A stretch of DNA of 64,000 nucleotides from a virus (IMGVR_UViG_3300049988_000286:352001-416000), one strand, 5' to 3'. Shown: positions 27,982 through 37,124, counted from the stretch's first letter. Program-made: numbers and translations. Notes: generated from the sequence alone by a model not told the origin.

Positions 27982-30717
27982 ATGGTTGATTATCGCCCCA
28001 CCGTGACTGTTCCGAAGACGCCGCTGCCCACGAAGGCGCGGATCGCCGATGAGCCTCGTCAGGTCGAGGCGTGGGCGGGTCTCCATGATCGCCTCGCTGC
28101 GAAGAACGAGGGTCGCCCAACTTACCTCCTCCACGACGGCCCCCCGTACGCGAACGGCAACATCCACATGGGGCACGCGCTCAACAAGGTGCTCAAGGAC
28201 GTGATCTGCCGGGGGCAGCGCGCTCTCGGCTTCGATGCTCGTCTGCACGCGGGGTGGGACTGTCGTGGTCTTCCAATCGAGTGGAAGGTCGAAGAGGATT
28301 GGCGCAAGCAGAAGCGTGACAAGAATGCCGAGCCGGAAGCATTTCGGCAGGATTGCCGCGACTATGCGGCACGGTGGGTGGATGTCCAGAAGGAGCAGTT
28401 CAAGCGGCTGGGGATCGTCGCCGACTGGGAGTCCGCGCCCTACGGTCATGGTTACCGCACGATGTCGCCCGAGATGTCGAGCCTGATCGTTTACCGCTTT
28501 CACCGCATGGTGGAGCGCGGCGATGTGTATTCGGCCAAGAAGCCGGTGTTGTGGAGTCATGTCGAGCGCACCGCTATGGCGGAGGCGGAGACCGTGGATC
28601 GCGAGCATCAGGTCGAACAGGCGTGGGTGACCTTCCGGATGTTCGCAGGGCCGCTCAAGGGCGACGATCTCCTTGTCTGGACCACCACGCCTTGGAGCCT
28701 TCCGAGCAATGTCGCGGTCGCGTACAACCCTGACATCGCCTACGGGCTTTACGAACAGCGCGGACGCCGGTTCGTGGTTGCCGACAGTTGTGTGGAACGC
28801 GCGCTGCAAAATGATTATCAGCGCCTCCGCGACATCGATCCGAAGACGGACTTCCCGCGCCATGCAGAGCATCCCCTGAACGATCTCGGCTACCCGGTTG
28901 GTGAGGACTGCGTGTCGCGGATCATGCCGGCATCCTTCGTCCGCGACAGTGCGGGAACGGGTCTTGTCCATGTCGCCCCCAGTCATTCCCGTGATGACTG
29001 GGAGGCTTGGAAGGCGCTCGATCACACGTTGACCTTCCCGACGACGATCAACGAGGATGGGCGCTACCACGACAGCCTTCCGCTGTTCGGCGGCACGGCG
29101 GTGGTCAAGGGCAAACGCCTCGGTCCCGCGAACGAGATGGTGCTCGATGCCATGGCGGAGCGTGGTACGCTCTACCGGCGCGAGACTGCTCCCCTGACCT
29201 TGCAGCACTCTTGGCGCAGCGACGCGGTTCTCCTCACGCTCGCCACTGATCAGTGGTTCATCCGCGTCACCGGGGAGGGCGGCGTGGTTGAACGTGTGCT
29301 TGCGGGATTGGCGGAGGTTGAGTTCTCCCCATCCAGCGGCGGCACGCGCATGGCCTCGATGCTGCGCGATCGTCCCGATTGGCTGGTGTCTCGTCAGCGC
29401 CTGTGGGGCACCCCCATGGCCATCTTGGCGCATCGTCGCACCGGCGAGCCCTGCCGTGATCCGGCCGTCTTGGGAGCGATCCATCAAGAGTTGATGGATC
29501 GTGGGGCGGATGCGTGGTGGAGCGAGTTCTCGGTTGAGGACATGTTCGCAGCGATCGGTCGCCCCGACGAGGCCAAGGACTGGCGGCGCGTCGATGACGT
29601 GCTCGATGTCTGGTTCGATTCTGCGTGTGTGCACGCCATCACTGGTGAGCGTGCCGATCTTGTCGTCGAGGGGAGTGATCAGAGCCGTGGCTGGTTCCAG
29701 AGCAGCGCTCTCGAAGGCATGGCCAACGATGGCGTGCTCCCGTACCGGGAAGTGCTCACCCACGGTTTCGTCCTTGACGGATCGGGGCGCAAGATGTCGA
29801 AGTCGGAGGGGAACGTCATTGATCCCATGACGGTGGTAGATCGTCTTGGCGCGGATGCGGTTCGTGTCTGGGTAGCTGCCACCGACGTTCGCGAAGACCT
29901 TCGTGTCAGTGATGCGGTGTTAGCCACCCATGCCGAGACGGTTCGCAAGGTCCGTATCACGCTTCGCTACCTCGTCGCGGCGCTGGCGGGTGTTACCGTT
30001 ACGCACGATCGGGTGATCGTCGATCCCCTCAACCGCTATGTGCTCAATCGTGTCGCGCATACCAGTGACGCGTTGTTCGCCATGCTGGCGGAGAAGGACT
30101 TCACCCGCTACGTGGCGACGATCGCGAATTTCTGCGCCAATGATCTCTCCGCCCTGCTGTTCGATGCCCGCAAGGACATCCTCTACTGCGACGGGCCGAG
30201 TGCGCGACGGGATGATTATCTCGCAACGCTCTCGGAGGTGTTTGAGCATCTGGTTCGCTGGGCGGCTCCCGTGATGGTTTTCGCGGCGGAGGAGATGTGG
30301 CAAGCCCTCCATCCAGAATCGAGCGTGCACGAGCAAGACTGGCTCCATCCCCACTGGTTGTGGAACGACGAGCGGTTGATGGAACGGTGGGCGAAGGTGC
30401 TCGATTATCGCTCGGAGATGTTGGGCAAGATTGAGGAAGTGCGTGCGGCGGGTGCGGTGAAGTCTAGCCTTGAATGCCATCTCACTGTCTTCGCCGATCC
30501 AGCGGCACGCCAGCACATGCTTGGGATCGATATGGCGGAACTCACCCTCACGGCTGGGGTGGATATCCGCTCCTTGGAGGGGCGCTTTACCGCACCGACC
30601 AACACTGTGGTGGAGCGTGTCACCACGCCGCGCTGTGACCGGTGCTGGCGGCACGTCGAGGTCGAGGCTGTCGAGGACTCGCATCTCTGTGATCGGTGCG
30701 CGGAGGTTGTGGCGTGA
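27982..30717 (+). CDS. ileS: isoleucyl-tRNA synthetase, type 1
   Basis: PYANGNIHMGH, WTTTPW and GTGLVH editing motifs, SRQR, KMSKS, C-terminal CDRC..CDRC zinc finger. Confidence 0.95.
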   Translation: MVDYRPTVTVPKTPLPTKARIADEPRQVEAWAGLHDRLAAKNEGRPTYLLHDGPPYANGNIHMGHALNKVLKDVICRGQRALGFDARLHAGWDCRGLPIEWKVEEDWRKQKRDKNAEPEAFRQDCRDYAARWVDVQKEQFKRLGIVADWESAPYGHGYRTMSPEMSSLIVYRFHRMVERGDVYSAKKPVLWSHVERTAMAEAETVDREHQVEQAWVTFRMFAGPLKGDDLLVWTTTPWSLPSNVAVAYNPDIAYGLYEQRGRRFVVADSCVERALQNDYQRLRDIDPKTDFPRHAEHPLNDLGYPVGEDCVSRIMPASFVRDSAGTGLVHVAPSHSRDDWEAWKALDHTLTFPTTINEDGRYHDSLPLFGGTAVVKGKRLGPANEMVLDAMAERGTLYRRETAPLTLQHSWRSDAVLLTLATDQWFIRVTGEGGVVERVLAGLAEVEFSPSSGGTRMASMLRDRPDWLVSRQRLWGTPMAILAHRRTGEPCRDPAVLGAIHQELMDRGADAWWSEFSVEDMFAAIGRPDEAKDWRRVDDVLDVWFDSACVHAITGERADLVVEGSDQSRGWFQSSALEGMANDGVLPYREVLTHGFVLDGSGRKMSKSEGNVIDPMTVVDRLGADAVRVWVAATDVREDLRVSDAVLATHAETVRKVRITLRYLVAALAGVTVTHDRVIVDPLNRYVLNRVAHTSDALFAMLAEKDFTRYVATIANFCANDLSALLFDARKDILYCDGPSARRDDYLATLSEVFEHLVRWAAPVMVFAAEEMWQALHPESSVHEQDWLHPHWLWNDERLMERWAKVLDYRSEMLGKIEEVRAAGAVKSSLECHLTVFADPAARQHMLGIDMAELTLTAGVDIRSLEGRFTAPTNTVVERVTTPRCDRCWRHVEVEAVEDSHLCDRCAEVVA

Positions 30718-30905
30718 GCCGCATCCTCCCCGAACCCACAGCGGAAGAGGTCCGCGCAATGCGAGATCAGAATGGGTGGGGGCTTGCCGAGTGTAAATCG
30801 ATTTTACTCAAGCTGCGAGCCAAGTCTCATGTCGCCATCCTGCGTGAGCACGACGATCGCGAGGTGCTCGCTGATGTGCTCGACTATCTAATCTCTCGCC
30901 GATAA
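30714..30905 (+). CDS. small protein resembling the EF-Ts N-terminal UBA-like domain
   Basis: TAEEVRAMRDQNGWGLAECKSIL versus EF-Ts TAxxVKELRExTGAGMMDCKKAL; GTGA overlap with ileS. Confidence 0.55.
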   Translation: MSRILPEPTAEEVRAMRDQNGWGLAECKSILLKLRAKSHVAILREHDDREVLADVLDYLISRR

Positions 30906-31159
30906 GGATACGCCATGCTCGGTGAAGCGCGGGGCGAGGACGCCCGCCGGGTGTTGGTCGGGCTCTATCCCCCGCATCGGTGATGTGGTAAAATCGGGTG
31001 TGCGACGGATCGTCGATCAGGACGCTGATCACGGATTATCCGAAGTGCGACGGGGCCTTGTCGATGGGCCTTCTCGCTTGCGAGGAAACGATCGAACGGC
31101 GGCAGGGCGTCGGAGTTGGGTCGGTCGAGAGGCCGAAACAGCCCGGTCCCAGCACAGGA

Positions 31160-31195
31160 AGAGCCGGTGACTCGTGTCACCGGCTCTCTTTGTTT
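31160..31195 (+). terminator. hairpin terminator between convergent units
   Basis: AGAGCCGGTGAC-TCGT-GTCACCGGCTCT followed by a T-rich tail. Confidence 0.75.
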
Positions 31196-31425
31196 CACGC
31201 GTAGGTGAACGACGTGTTCGCGAGTGCGTCAAGGATGGCCTGACGCTTTTTGTTGGGACGAGAGTGACCCCGACGATATGTCTGGATCATGTCAGGGGAG
31301 ACCCCGAGCGACCGCGCGATACGGCTGGTGGTCATCGCGGACCGATCGCAGAAGAGATCGAACTCCCGGCCGAAAGCGGGATAGCGGGGCGGTCGTGCAC
31401 CACCGGGGACGAAATGAATGCTCAT
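31195..31425 (-). CDS. XRE-like HTH protein
   Basis: SRIARSLGVSPDMIQTYRRGHSRP. Confidence 0.75.
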   Translation of the reverse strand: MSIHFVPGGARPPRYPAFGREFDLFCDRSAMTTSRIARSLGVSPDMIQTYRRGHSRPNKKRQAILDALANTSFTYA

Positions 31426-31754
31426 CGAGCGTTCCTCCGAAGGATGGTGACATAGCCCAGCTTGCGCAACGCGGCGACGTGCTCGCGAGCGGCAGCGGAG
31501 ACTTCCTTGTCGTTCTTCGGCTCGTCGAGCGTGAACTGCACCTTGAGCAAACGCTCCAGCGCGATAGCATTCGTGGTGGTGGGACGCGCAAAGCCGCGTC
31601 GGTAACCGCGAACAACTTCGTGGCTGACCTTCATCTCGCGCGCGATGTCGGAGATGGTGAGCGGGCTTGCGTCGAACGCTTCCGCGCACTCGCGACCAAA
31701 GGTCGGCCAAACGCAGCGGTGATGGAGAGGGTCGAATGGTTCCAACGGTCTCAT
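31422..31754 (-). CDS. XRE-like HTH protein, tandem paralog
   Basis: SDIAREMKVSHEVVRGYRRGFARP. Confidence 0.75.
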   Translation of the reverse strand: MRPLEPFDPLHHRCVWPTFGRECAEAFDASPLTISDIAREMKVSHEVVRGYRRGFARPTTTNAIALERLLKVQFTLDEPKNDKEVSAAAREHVAALRKLGYVTILRRNAR

Positions 31755-31811
31755 CGAGTTTCCTTTCAGGAAAGCGCCTTGGGATGATCCCCGTGGCGTG
31801 GCTCCTATCTA

Positions 31812-31853
31812 GAAACTCATGAAACTCTTGTCAAACAGGAAACTCATGAAACT
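31812..31853. promoter_or_regulatory. two identical 15-bp operator-like repeats flanking a -35 box
   Basis: GAAACTCATGAAACT at 31812-31826 and 31839-31853; minus-strand TTGACA(31834-31829)-17 nt-TAGATA. Confidence 0.7.
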
Positions 31854-32028
31854 AGCAGATTGCGAACTGCGGGACGTGCAGAGCGATCATCGCCTCGATC
31901 GCGCAAGGGCGGCAATATGGGGACCGCTTGGCCCCCACGTCCTCTTTGCGGCAATTCCTACACTGGAACAGATACCAGCCGGGTGCCCACCCGAACGGAG
32001 ACAAGAAACCGCTTGCCCTGTCGGGCAT
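31852..32028 (-). CDS. small zinc-finger protein
   Basis: GWAPGWYLFQCRNC...KRSPYCRPCA. Confidence 0.65.
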   Translation of the reverse strand: MPDRASGFLSPFGWAPGWYLFQCRNCRKEDVGAKRSPYCRPCAIEAMIALHVPQFAIC

Positions 32029-32032
32029 GGGT

Positions 32033-32218
32033 TTATTCGTCGGAATCTTCACTGCTCGCTCCGAGAAGAAGCGCGATGAGGAGGATGCCGCCAACGAGCG
32101 TCATGTACGATCCTCCCTCGCGCAAACCGAAATCTTGCAGGAAGCCACCACCGATCAGCAGCGCGGCTCCCGCGACAAAGATTTTCCCCATGGCGCGGTG
32201 ACGGGCCGAATCAGGCAT
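32033..32218 (-). CDS. small membrane protein
   Basis: Two hydrophobic helices; the true start may be internal. Confidence 0.55.
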   Translation of the reverse strand: MPDSARHRAMGKIFVAGAALLIGGGFLQDFGLREGGSYMTLVGGILLIALLLGASSEDSDE

Positions 32219-32444
32219 CGGGCGTGACCTTGACGCTGCTCGCGGGCACCCAACGACCGTTGACCTGTAGCTGGCACGAGTAAGTCACCCATGTATCGGT
32301 TCCATTGGCGACTACCCGCCACTGAAAGCCGCTCTCGCCCCAATCAGTCCGACAGGCGGCAGCCGCCCGCTTCCTTGAGTATTCGATCTCCTCCTTTGTC
32401 AGAGAACACCCCGAGAGGAGGAGGAGCGTGAGGAGATACCTCAC
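32211..32444 (-). CDS. putative lipoprotein
   Basis: MRYLLTLLLLSGC lipobox. Confidence 0.7.
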   Translation of the reverse strand: MRYLLTLLLLSGCSLTKEEIEYSRKRAAAACRTDWGESGFQWRVVANGTDTWVTYSCQLQVNGRWVPASSVKVTPDA

Positions 32445-34582
32445 GCCACCCCTTCCTCGATCAGGACTGCGGCATCGGCGAGATCGAATACACGATCCGC
32501 CTCTTCCCGCGTCCCCACCACCTCACCGCGCGCCCGCGCATGGAGCATCGCGACATCATAGGCGGTGGGCTTTCGCTCATTGAGCGTCATCACCGCCTCC
32601 GTGATGGCTTTCTGCTTCTCGTTCTGACCCACCACCGCACCGTAGCGCGAGGTGCCGCCCGAGATGTCGGCGAAGATCACCTTTCGCTCCACGAGGTCGA
32701 AGAACAGCGGCATGTGAGCCGTCACCGGGGCGTTGACCTCAAACTTGAGAGCAACGCTCTCCGGCTCATAGGTCTTGCCCGACGCCACCGCGTCACGCTC
32801 CATGAATCCTGCGTGGCAGGGGAAAGTGCTGAACTTCTGTCCCGTGAAGGAATTGATGTTCATCGCCACATAGCGGGCCGTCGATTTCAGCTTGCCGAGA
32901 TCGATATCGATGAACTCCGACGCCCCGTTGGGGGCATCCTGAATATCACCCGAGTGGACAACGGCACGATCACCCGAATACAGGTTAGTGTAGGCGACAT
33001 GGCCGCGCGGCGCGAACTCCTCATCCAAGTACACAGCCGAGAGATCGACATCGACGCGACCCGCCCCGCCATTCTCCCAGTAGATGAACAGGCGCACGAC
33101 ATCACCCGAGAAGGCGAAACGCGATCCCTTGTTGACCATCACGGATGCCGAAGAGTCGCCGCGACGGTTGAAGGGCAGGATGATGTCCTTGAGCGCGGGA
33201 TCGACGAATACGCGACCCAATGCCTCGCGATCACGGACACGGGACTGCAACTCCTCGTCGATGGTGACGAGAAGACGAACCTTCGCATCGGTGGGCAGCG
33301 GCGGACGCGTCTCCGCAACGATCTGCGCTTTGTTGACCTGACCCTTGGGGAAGAACACGCGCTGCTTGAGGGCGTCGCGCGATTCGAGATACTTGCGAAG
33401 CTCGAACAACATCTTCTCGGTAAGGCGCGGGGCCACCTGCTTGAACCCCGTGGTGACGATGCGGGAATCGTCCGCGCTGCGGAGCATGAAGTCCAGCTTG
33501 CGCGCAAATTCACCGGGGCGCTCCGCCATCAGGCGAACGAAATCGAAATCGATCGCGCGGGCACGAATCCCCTCCTCCATCTGACGCGTGAACGTCACGA
33601 TGTTCTTGGGATCGTTGCGCAGACGATCGAAGGCACGCGCCACATTGGGGAACGCCTTGCGGTTCTTCGCCGTGCCGGGATTGAGACGCTCACCAAGGCG
33701 CAGCCAGCGCTCGCGGCTGCGCATCATGTCTTCGGCGAGATTGGCGAGCGGCTCCAAGAGCGTGAGCATTCCACGACGCTGCGAGGTCGAAAGCTTGAAC
33801 TTGACGTTCGCCTTCAACGACAGATCGGCCTTGTCATCGCTCAAGAAGGTAGCGATGCGCATGACATCGGTGGCTCCGGAGAGACCATCCCGCACCGCGT
33901 CTGCGCCGAACAACTGGTAGGCGAACGGCAGCGTCTCCTTGAAAAGCGGACCCTCGAAGCGCAGCGCGACCTTGCGCGATACAAGATCACGCAGAACTGC
34001 CTTCTCGTCCTCGGACAACGATGACTGGCGTGCCAGCATCGCGTTGCCCTCCGTAGCGAAACCATCGCGCGACAGGCCAAGCGGCTTGAGCGGCGTCACC
34101 GCCGAGAAAGCCACACGCTCGGTCTCCGGCGAACCCAGTTCGGGCACCGCGCGCTGACAGATCGGGCACGCACCGAAATCCGACACATCGAAGAGCGCGG
34201 AGTCGATCACGTGGCCGCACGACAATGCCGTGAGTGTGTTGCCGCCAAGACGGATGTCGAGCGCCGATGCCATCCAGCCGATCACGCGCTTCTCCATGTA
34301 GTCGCGCTGATCCGGGGTATCGTAGGGGAAGCCGTTGAACAGCTTGGTGCGCTTCTTATCCGCGCCAGAGATGACCGAGAGATCGGAGACGATCTGGTCG
34401 CGCAGCGCGCGAAAACCGTTATTCCCCAGTCCACGCATGGCGTCGAGTAGCGGCGCGTCGGGGGCATAGCCCAACATGGCGACTTCGAGTGTGAAAGCGC
34501 TAACCAGACGCTCATCGGTCTTGGCTTCGATCGCGGGCTGCGTGACTGCAACCTTACCGTAAAGCTTGAGCGTCTCGATCAT
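32441..34582 (-). CDS. large TerD-domain stress-response protein
   Basis: C-terminal VDVDLSAV...HSGDIQDAPNGASEFIDIDL TerD motifs after a helical region. Confidence 0.8.
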   Translation of the reverse strand: MIETLKLYGKVAVTQPAIEAKTDERLVSAFTLEVAMLGYAPDAPLLDAMRGLGNNGFRALRDQIVSDLSVISGADKKRTKLFNGFPYDTPDQRDYMEKRVIGWMASALDIRLGGNTLTALSCGHVIDSALFDVSDFGACPICQRAVPELGSPETERVAFSAVTPLKPLGLSRDGFATEGNAMLARQSSLSEDEKAVLRDLVSRKVALRFEGPLFKETLPFAYQLFGADAVRDGLSGATDVMRIATFLSDDKADLSLKANVKFKLSTSQRRGMLTLLEPLANLAEDMMRSRERWLRLGERLNPGTAKNRKAFPNVARAFDRLRNDPKNIVTFTRQMEEGIRARAIDFDFVRLMAERPGEFARKLDFMLRSADDSRIVTTGFKQVAPRLTEKMLFELRKYLESRDALKQRVFFPKGQVNKAQIVAETRPPLPTDAKVRLLVTIDEELQSRVRDREALGRVFVDPALKDIILPFNRRGDSSASVMVNKGSRFAFSGDVVRLFIYWENGGAGRVDVDLSAVYLDEEFAPRGHVAYTNLYSGDRAVVHSGDIQDAPNGASEFIDIDLGKLKSTARYVAMNINSFTGQKFSTFPCHAGFMERDAVASGKTYEPESVALKFEVNAPVTAHMPLFFDLVERKVIFADISGGTSRYGAVVGQNEKQKAITEAVMTLNERKPTAYDVAMLHARARGEVVGTREEADRVFDLADAAVLIEEGVA

Positions 34583-34603
34583 TGCTGTTCCCCAAATAAA
34601 GGC

Positions 34604-34666
34604 GTCGGGCAAATCCGGCAGCTATTCAGTGCAGAGAAGAGAAGGAAGCGCACCGATGCGCCCGAC
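34604..34666 (-). promoter_or_regulatory. structured 5' leader of the TerD-domain gene
   Basis: Outer stem GTCGGGC/GCCCGAC; inner stem TCGGTGCG/TGCACTGA closing a 15-nt all-pyrimidine loop; TTGACG-17 nt-TAGAGA just upstream. Confidence 0.55.
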
Positions 34667-34698
34667 AGTTGTGTCTCTAGCCCGAGTTCGCTCTGGCG

Positions 34699-34953
34699 TC
34701 AATTGAATTCCGCAAGTCGCTCGCGCAGGAATGCCACGGATTCCCGCGTAGGCACGGTGGCTCGAATCACACCGGGGTGGTGGATGGCGAAATGCACCAC
34801 ATCACCGAAGATGCGGATGATACCATGGCCGGGAAATCTCCCCCGCCCTGCGATCCTGTTATTCCAACGGTTTCGCCGCCCCCATGGGAAGGGCTGTCCC
34901 TCATGCTGGGTGCCCAGCAACGCGGCAAATTCCGCGTAAAGATCATTTTCCAT
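34699..34953 (-). CDS. hypothetical protein
   Basis: RWNNRIAGRGRFPGHGIIR motif. Confidence 0.65.
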   Translation of the reverse strand: MENDLYAEFAALLGTQHEGQPFPWGRRNRWNNRIAGRGRFPGHGIIRIFGDVVHFAIHHPGVIRATVPTRESVAFLRERLAEFN

Positions 34954-35042
34954 ATCGGGAGATTGTAGCGTAGTTCACTTTCACTTGTCCACCCCTGTGA
35001 GGATTATTGTCCCGAGCAGTTAGTTGCAAGTATTCTTGAGTA

Positions 35043-35777
35043 ATGTTCAACCAATCCATTCAAGAATTCGTCGAAGCAGTCAGTCCCCAGATGAATATCT
35101 GGCACAACACTACACGGAAGGGTGATACCGGCGCGGGACATACCTGTGAGACAATTATCTTCGGGAAGGAAGAAGACAACAAATCTCTCGCGGACTTCAT
35201 GGGTTTCGAGTGCAAGTCGGTCCTCGCCACATCGAAGAACGCGCGAGTCCGATTGCTCAATTTCGCAGGAGGGGCGGAGGCAGAATTGTGTAAGCGTTTT
35301 GGGAAGGTGAGCCCCACGCGAGGTTACAATTCCTTTACCCGCCAACTACGATGCAACAAGCCGATCCGGGCGAACGGCTCCTCGATTGCCCTCGTCATCG
35401 AAGATAATGAACTCTCCCTACTCGTCGATGGACAAGAGCGCGTCGGAGAATGGCTTGTTGATGCGCCGGGGCGCAGTATTGCAACCAAGGTCGCTGACAA
35501 GATCGCCGATATGGCGCTGATCCGCTACGAGAAGCGCATCCAAGATGGTTTGCAGCAATATCGCTATACGGGGGTGGACTTCCACACCGGTTTGTCTCTT
35601 CCGCGCCTCATCACCGCTTTCGGCGCACAACACATTGCGGTAGAATTCCGCTACACGGACAAGAAGGACTATGGCACGAGTTTCAACATGTCCATGCGCC
35701 ACATGGAGGGATACTGGCCCCATCATACGACGGTAACGTGGGGCGATGGTCCGCCGAGACTCACTGCTAGGCGATAA
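35043..35777 (+). CDS. MvaI/BcnI-family endonuclease-like protein
   Basis: GAGHTCE...EDN...ADFMGFECKS (PD-D/ExK type). Confidence 0.7.
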   Translation: MFNQSIQEFVEAVSPQMNIWHNTTRKGDTGAGHTCETIIFGKEEDNKSLADFMGFECKSVLATSKNARVRLLNFAGGAEAELCKRFGKVSPTRGYNSFTRQLRCNKPIRANGSSIALVIEDNELSLLVDGQERVGEWLVDAPGRSIATKVADKIADMALIRYEKRIQDGLQQYRYTGVDFHTGLSLPRLITAFGAQHIAVEFRYTDKKDYGTSFNMSMRHMEGYWPHHTTVTWGDGPPRLTARR

Positions 35778-35780
35778 ATA
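35775..35780 (+). promoter_or_regulatory. late promoter TAAATA
   Basis: 5 nt to ATG 35786. Confidence 0.7.
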
Positions 35781-35785
35781 GCAGT

Positions 35786-36421
35786 ATGAGCACCGTCGAG
35801 TTTCGCAAGATCATCTTTCGCCAAGGGCCTACCCTCGACCTTCCCGGCGAGCCGTTGCGCCTCCTCCCGGCGATCTACCATTCACCGCTCGACATCGCCG
35901 AGATCGCTTTTGGAAATGATCAGGGCCGCATCTTTATCGGCCCTGATCTCTCCGCCAAGTTACCGCAAAGCGTTCGTGTTGCCTTTCCCTACCAGAACAT
36001 CGAGATCGTGGGTGAAAACAGCCGCGACGCCTTCGCCAACATGCACGGCGATCGTTTGCGCGAGGACGATGCGCGCGACCATTACGCCGCCGTCCTCGAT
36101 CCGAGCGCCAGCCTTGCGCCGGTGCTGGTCAACATGAACCCGTACGTGATCCCGGTTGCTCACACATGGAGTCAAATCGATTATCTGATCACTGATGAGA
36201 AACGCGTTGCACTTCGACAAGGACGTCTCACCGTGGTGCGAACCCCTGTCGCCACCACTGTCACGGACAATGCCCGGTTACCACGCGGAGCCGGAACGCT
36301 ACCCACGACGGCGTTCGCCGAGTATCGACTGACCGTCAACAACTCCGGCATGTTGGTCTATCGGAGCCTTGGCCTCAAGCCCGTCCTGCTGTGGTTCCGG
36401 CGATCGTCAGGCAAGCGCTAG
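35786..36421 (+). CDS. late protein, probably structural
   Basis: RKIIFRQG...LPGE...D...IFIG N-terminus; TAAATA promoter. Confidence 0.7.
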   Translation: MSTVEFRKIIFRQGPTLDLPGEPLRLLPAIYHSPLDIAEIAFGNDQGRIFIGPDLSAKLPQSVRVAFPYQNIEIVGENSRDAFANMHGDRLREDDARDHYAAVLDPSASLAPVLVNMNPYVIPVAHTWSQIDYLITDEKRVALRQGRLTVVRTPVATTVTDNARLPRGAGTLPTTAFAEYRLTVNNSGMLVYRSLGLKPVLLWFRRSSGKR

Positions 36422-37071
36422 ATCGCGTAGTAGCGGATACGGTCGCTGTCATGGGCGAGGCGAATCATCATGGCCTCAACCTCATCCTCGAAGAACGTCC
36501 AGCCCGGCGCGCCCATAACGGACATAATAGGCTCCTCGTTGTGGAAGCCAAGTTTTAGCGGATAGAAAGAGCCGCGCTGGAGCTTCGGTAACCCGCACAT
36601 CACCGCCCGGTATTTGTCATCGAAGAACTCGCGCGAATAATAGGCGAGACGCTCCTCGATCGGTGCGACGCAGAGCGCGGGTAAACCGGCACGCTTGAGC
36701 GCCTCTCCGGTAAGATGCATGGCACCACCGGGTTCAGGACGCAGCATCGTGGTCTGGAAACCATGGATATCGTGAAGACCGAGATGGATGCGGATGGTGT
36801 TAAAATCGGCTTCCCCGATCTCCCTCGATCCTGCCTTCTTCAACATCCCTGCTACCTGACTACGGGGCGGCAGCGGACGATGAATGATTTCGCCCCCATA
36901 GTTGAGCGCGATCTCGATGTTCAATGACCTCGGGAGAGGTGTAGCTTCGCTCAAGAAACACGCCGCTCCGCGACGATAGGTTGAGAGCAGTGGGGAGCGG
37001 CGAGGATCACTCCGTCGCTGTGCCATCTGTCCAGAGACAAACACAGACATGATCTTCTCGGCTTTTTCCAT
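36418..37071 (-). CDS. hypothetical protein with family A C-terminus
   Basis: WTFFEDEVEAMMIRLAHD. Confidence 0.7.
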   Translation of the reverse strand: MEKAEKIMSVFVSGQMAQRRSDPRRSPLLSTYRRGAACFLSEATPLPRSLNIEIALNYGGEIIHRPLPPRSQVAGMLKKAGSREIGEADFNTIRIHLGLHDIHGFQTTMLRPEPGGAMHLTGEALKRAGLPALCVAPIEERLAYYSREFFDDKYRAVMCGLPKLQRGSFYPLKLGFHNEEPIMSVMGAPGWTFFEDEVEAMMIRLAHDSDRIRYYAI

Positions 37072-37124
37072 TCCCTCCCCCTATTCGATTAAGCCACAGG
37101 AGTCAATCAAAACCCCAGAGTGAC

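Noticed and set aside
30998-31187. Group II intron (GTGCG starts, GAGCCG hairpin) or hammerhead ribozyme (CTGATCA...GAA)
   Set aside because: The hairpin is a perfect 12-bp stem without the domain V bulge or length, and there is no RT ORF. The hammerhead core lacks G8 and G12.
27853-34024. Long opposite-strand ORFs (27853-29763, 32540-34024, 8262-9167, 56037-57113 and similar)
   Set aside because: They are shadows of strongly GC3-biased real genes and have no SD, promoter or recognisable motif.
17706-35777. MTase and MvaI-like nuclease as one restriction-modification system
   Set aside because: They are unlinked, on opposite strands and in different expression contexts, and nothing in the sequence ties their specificities together.
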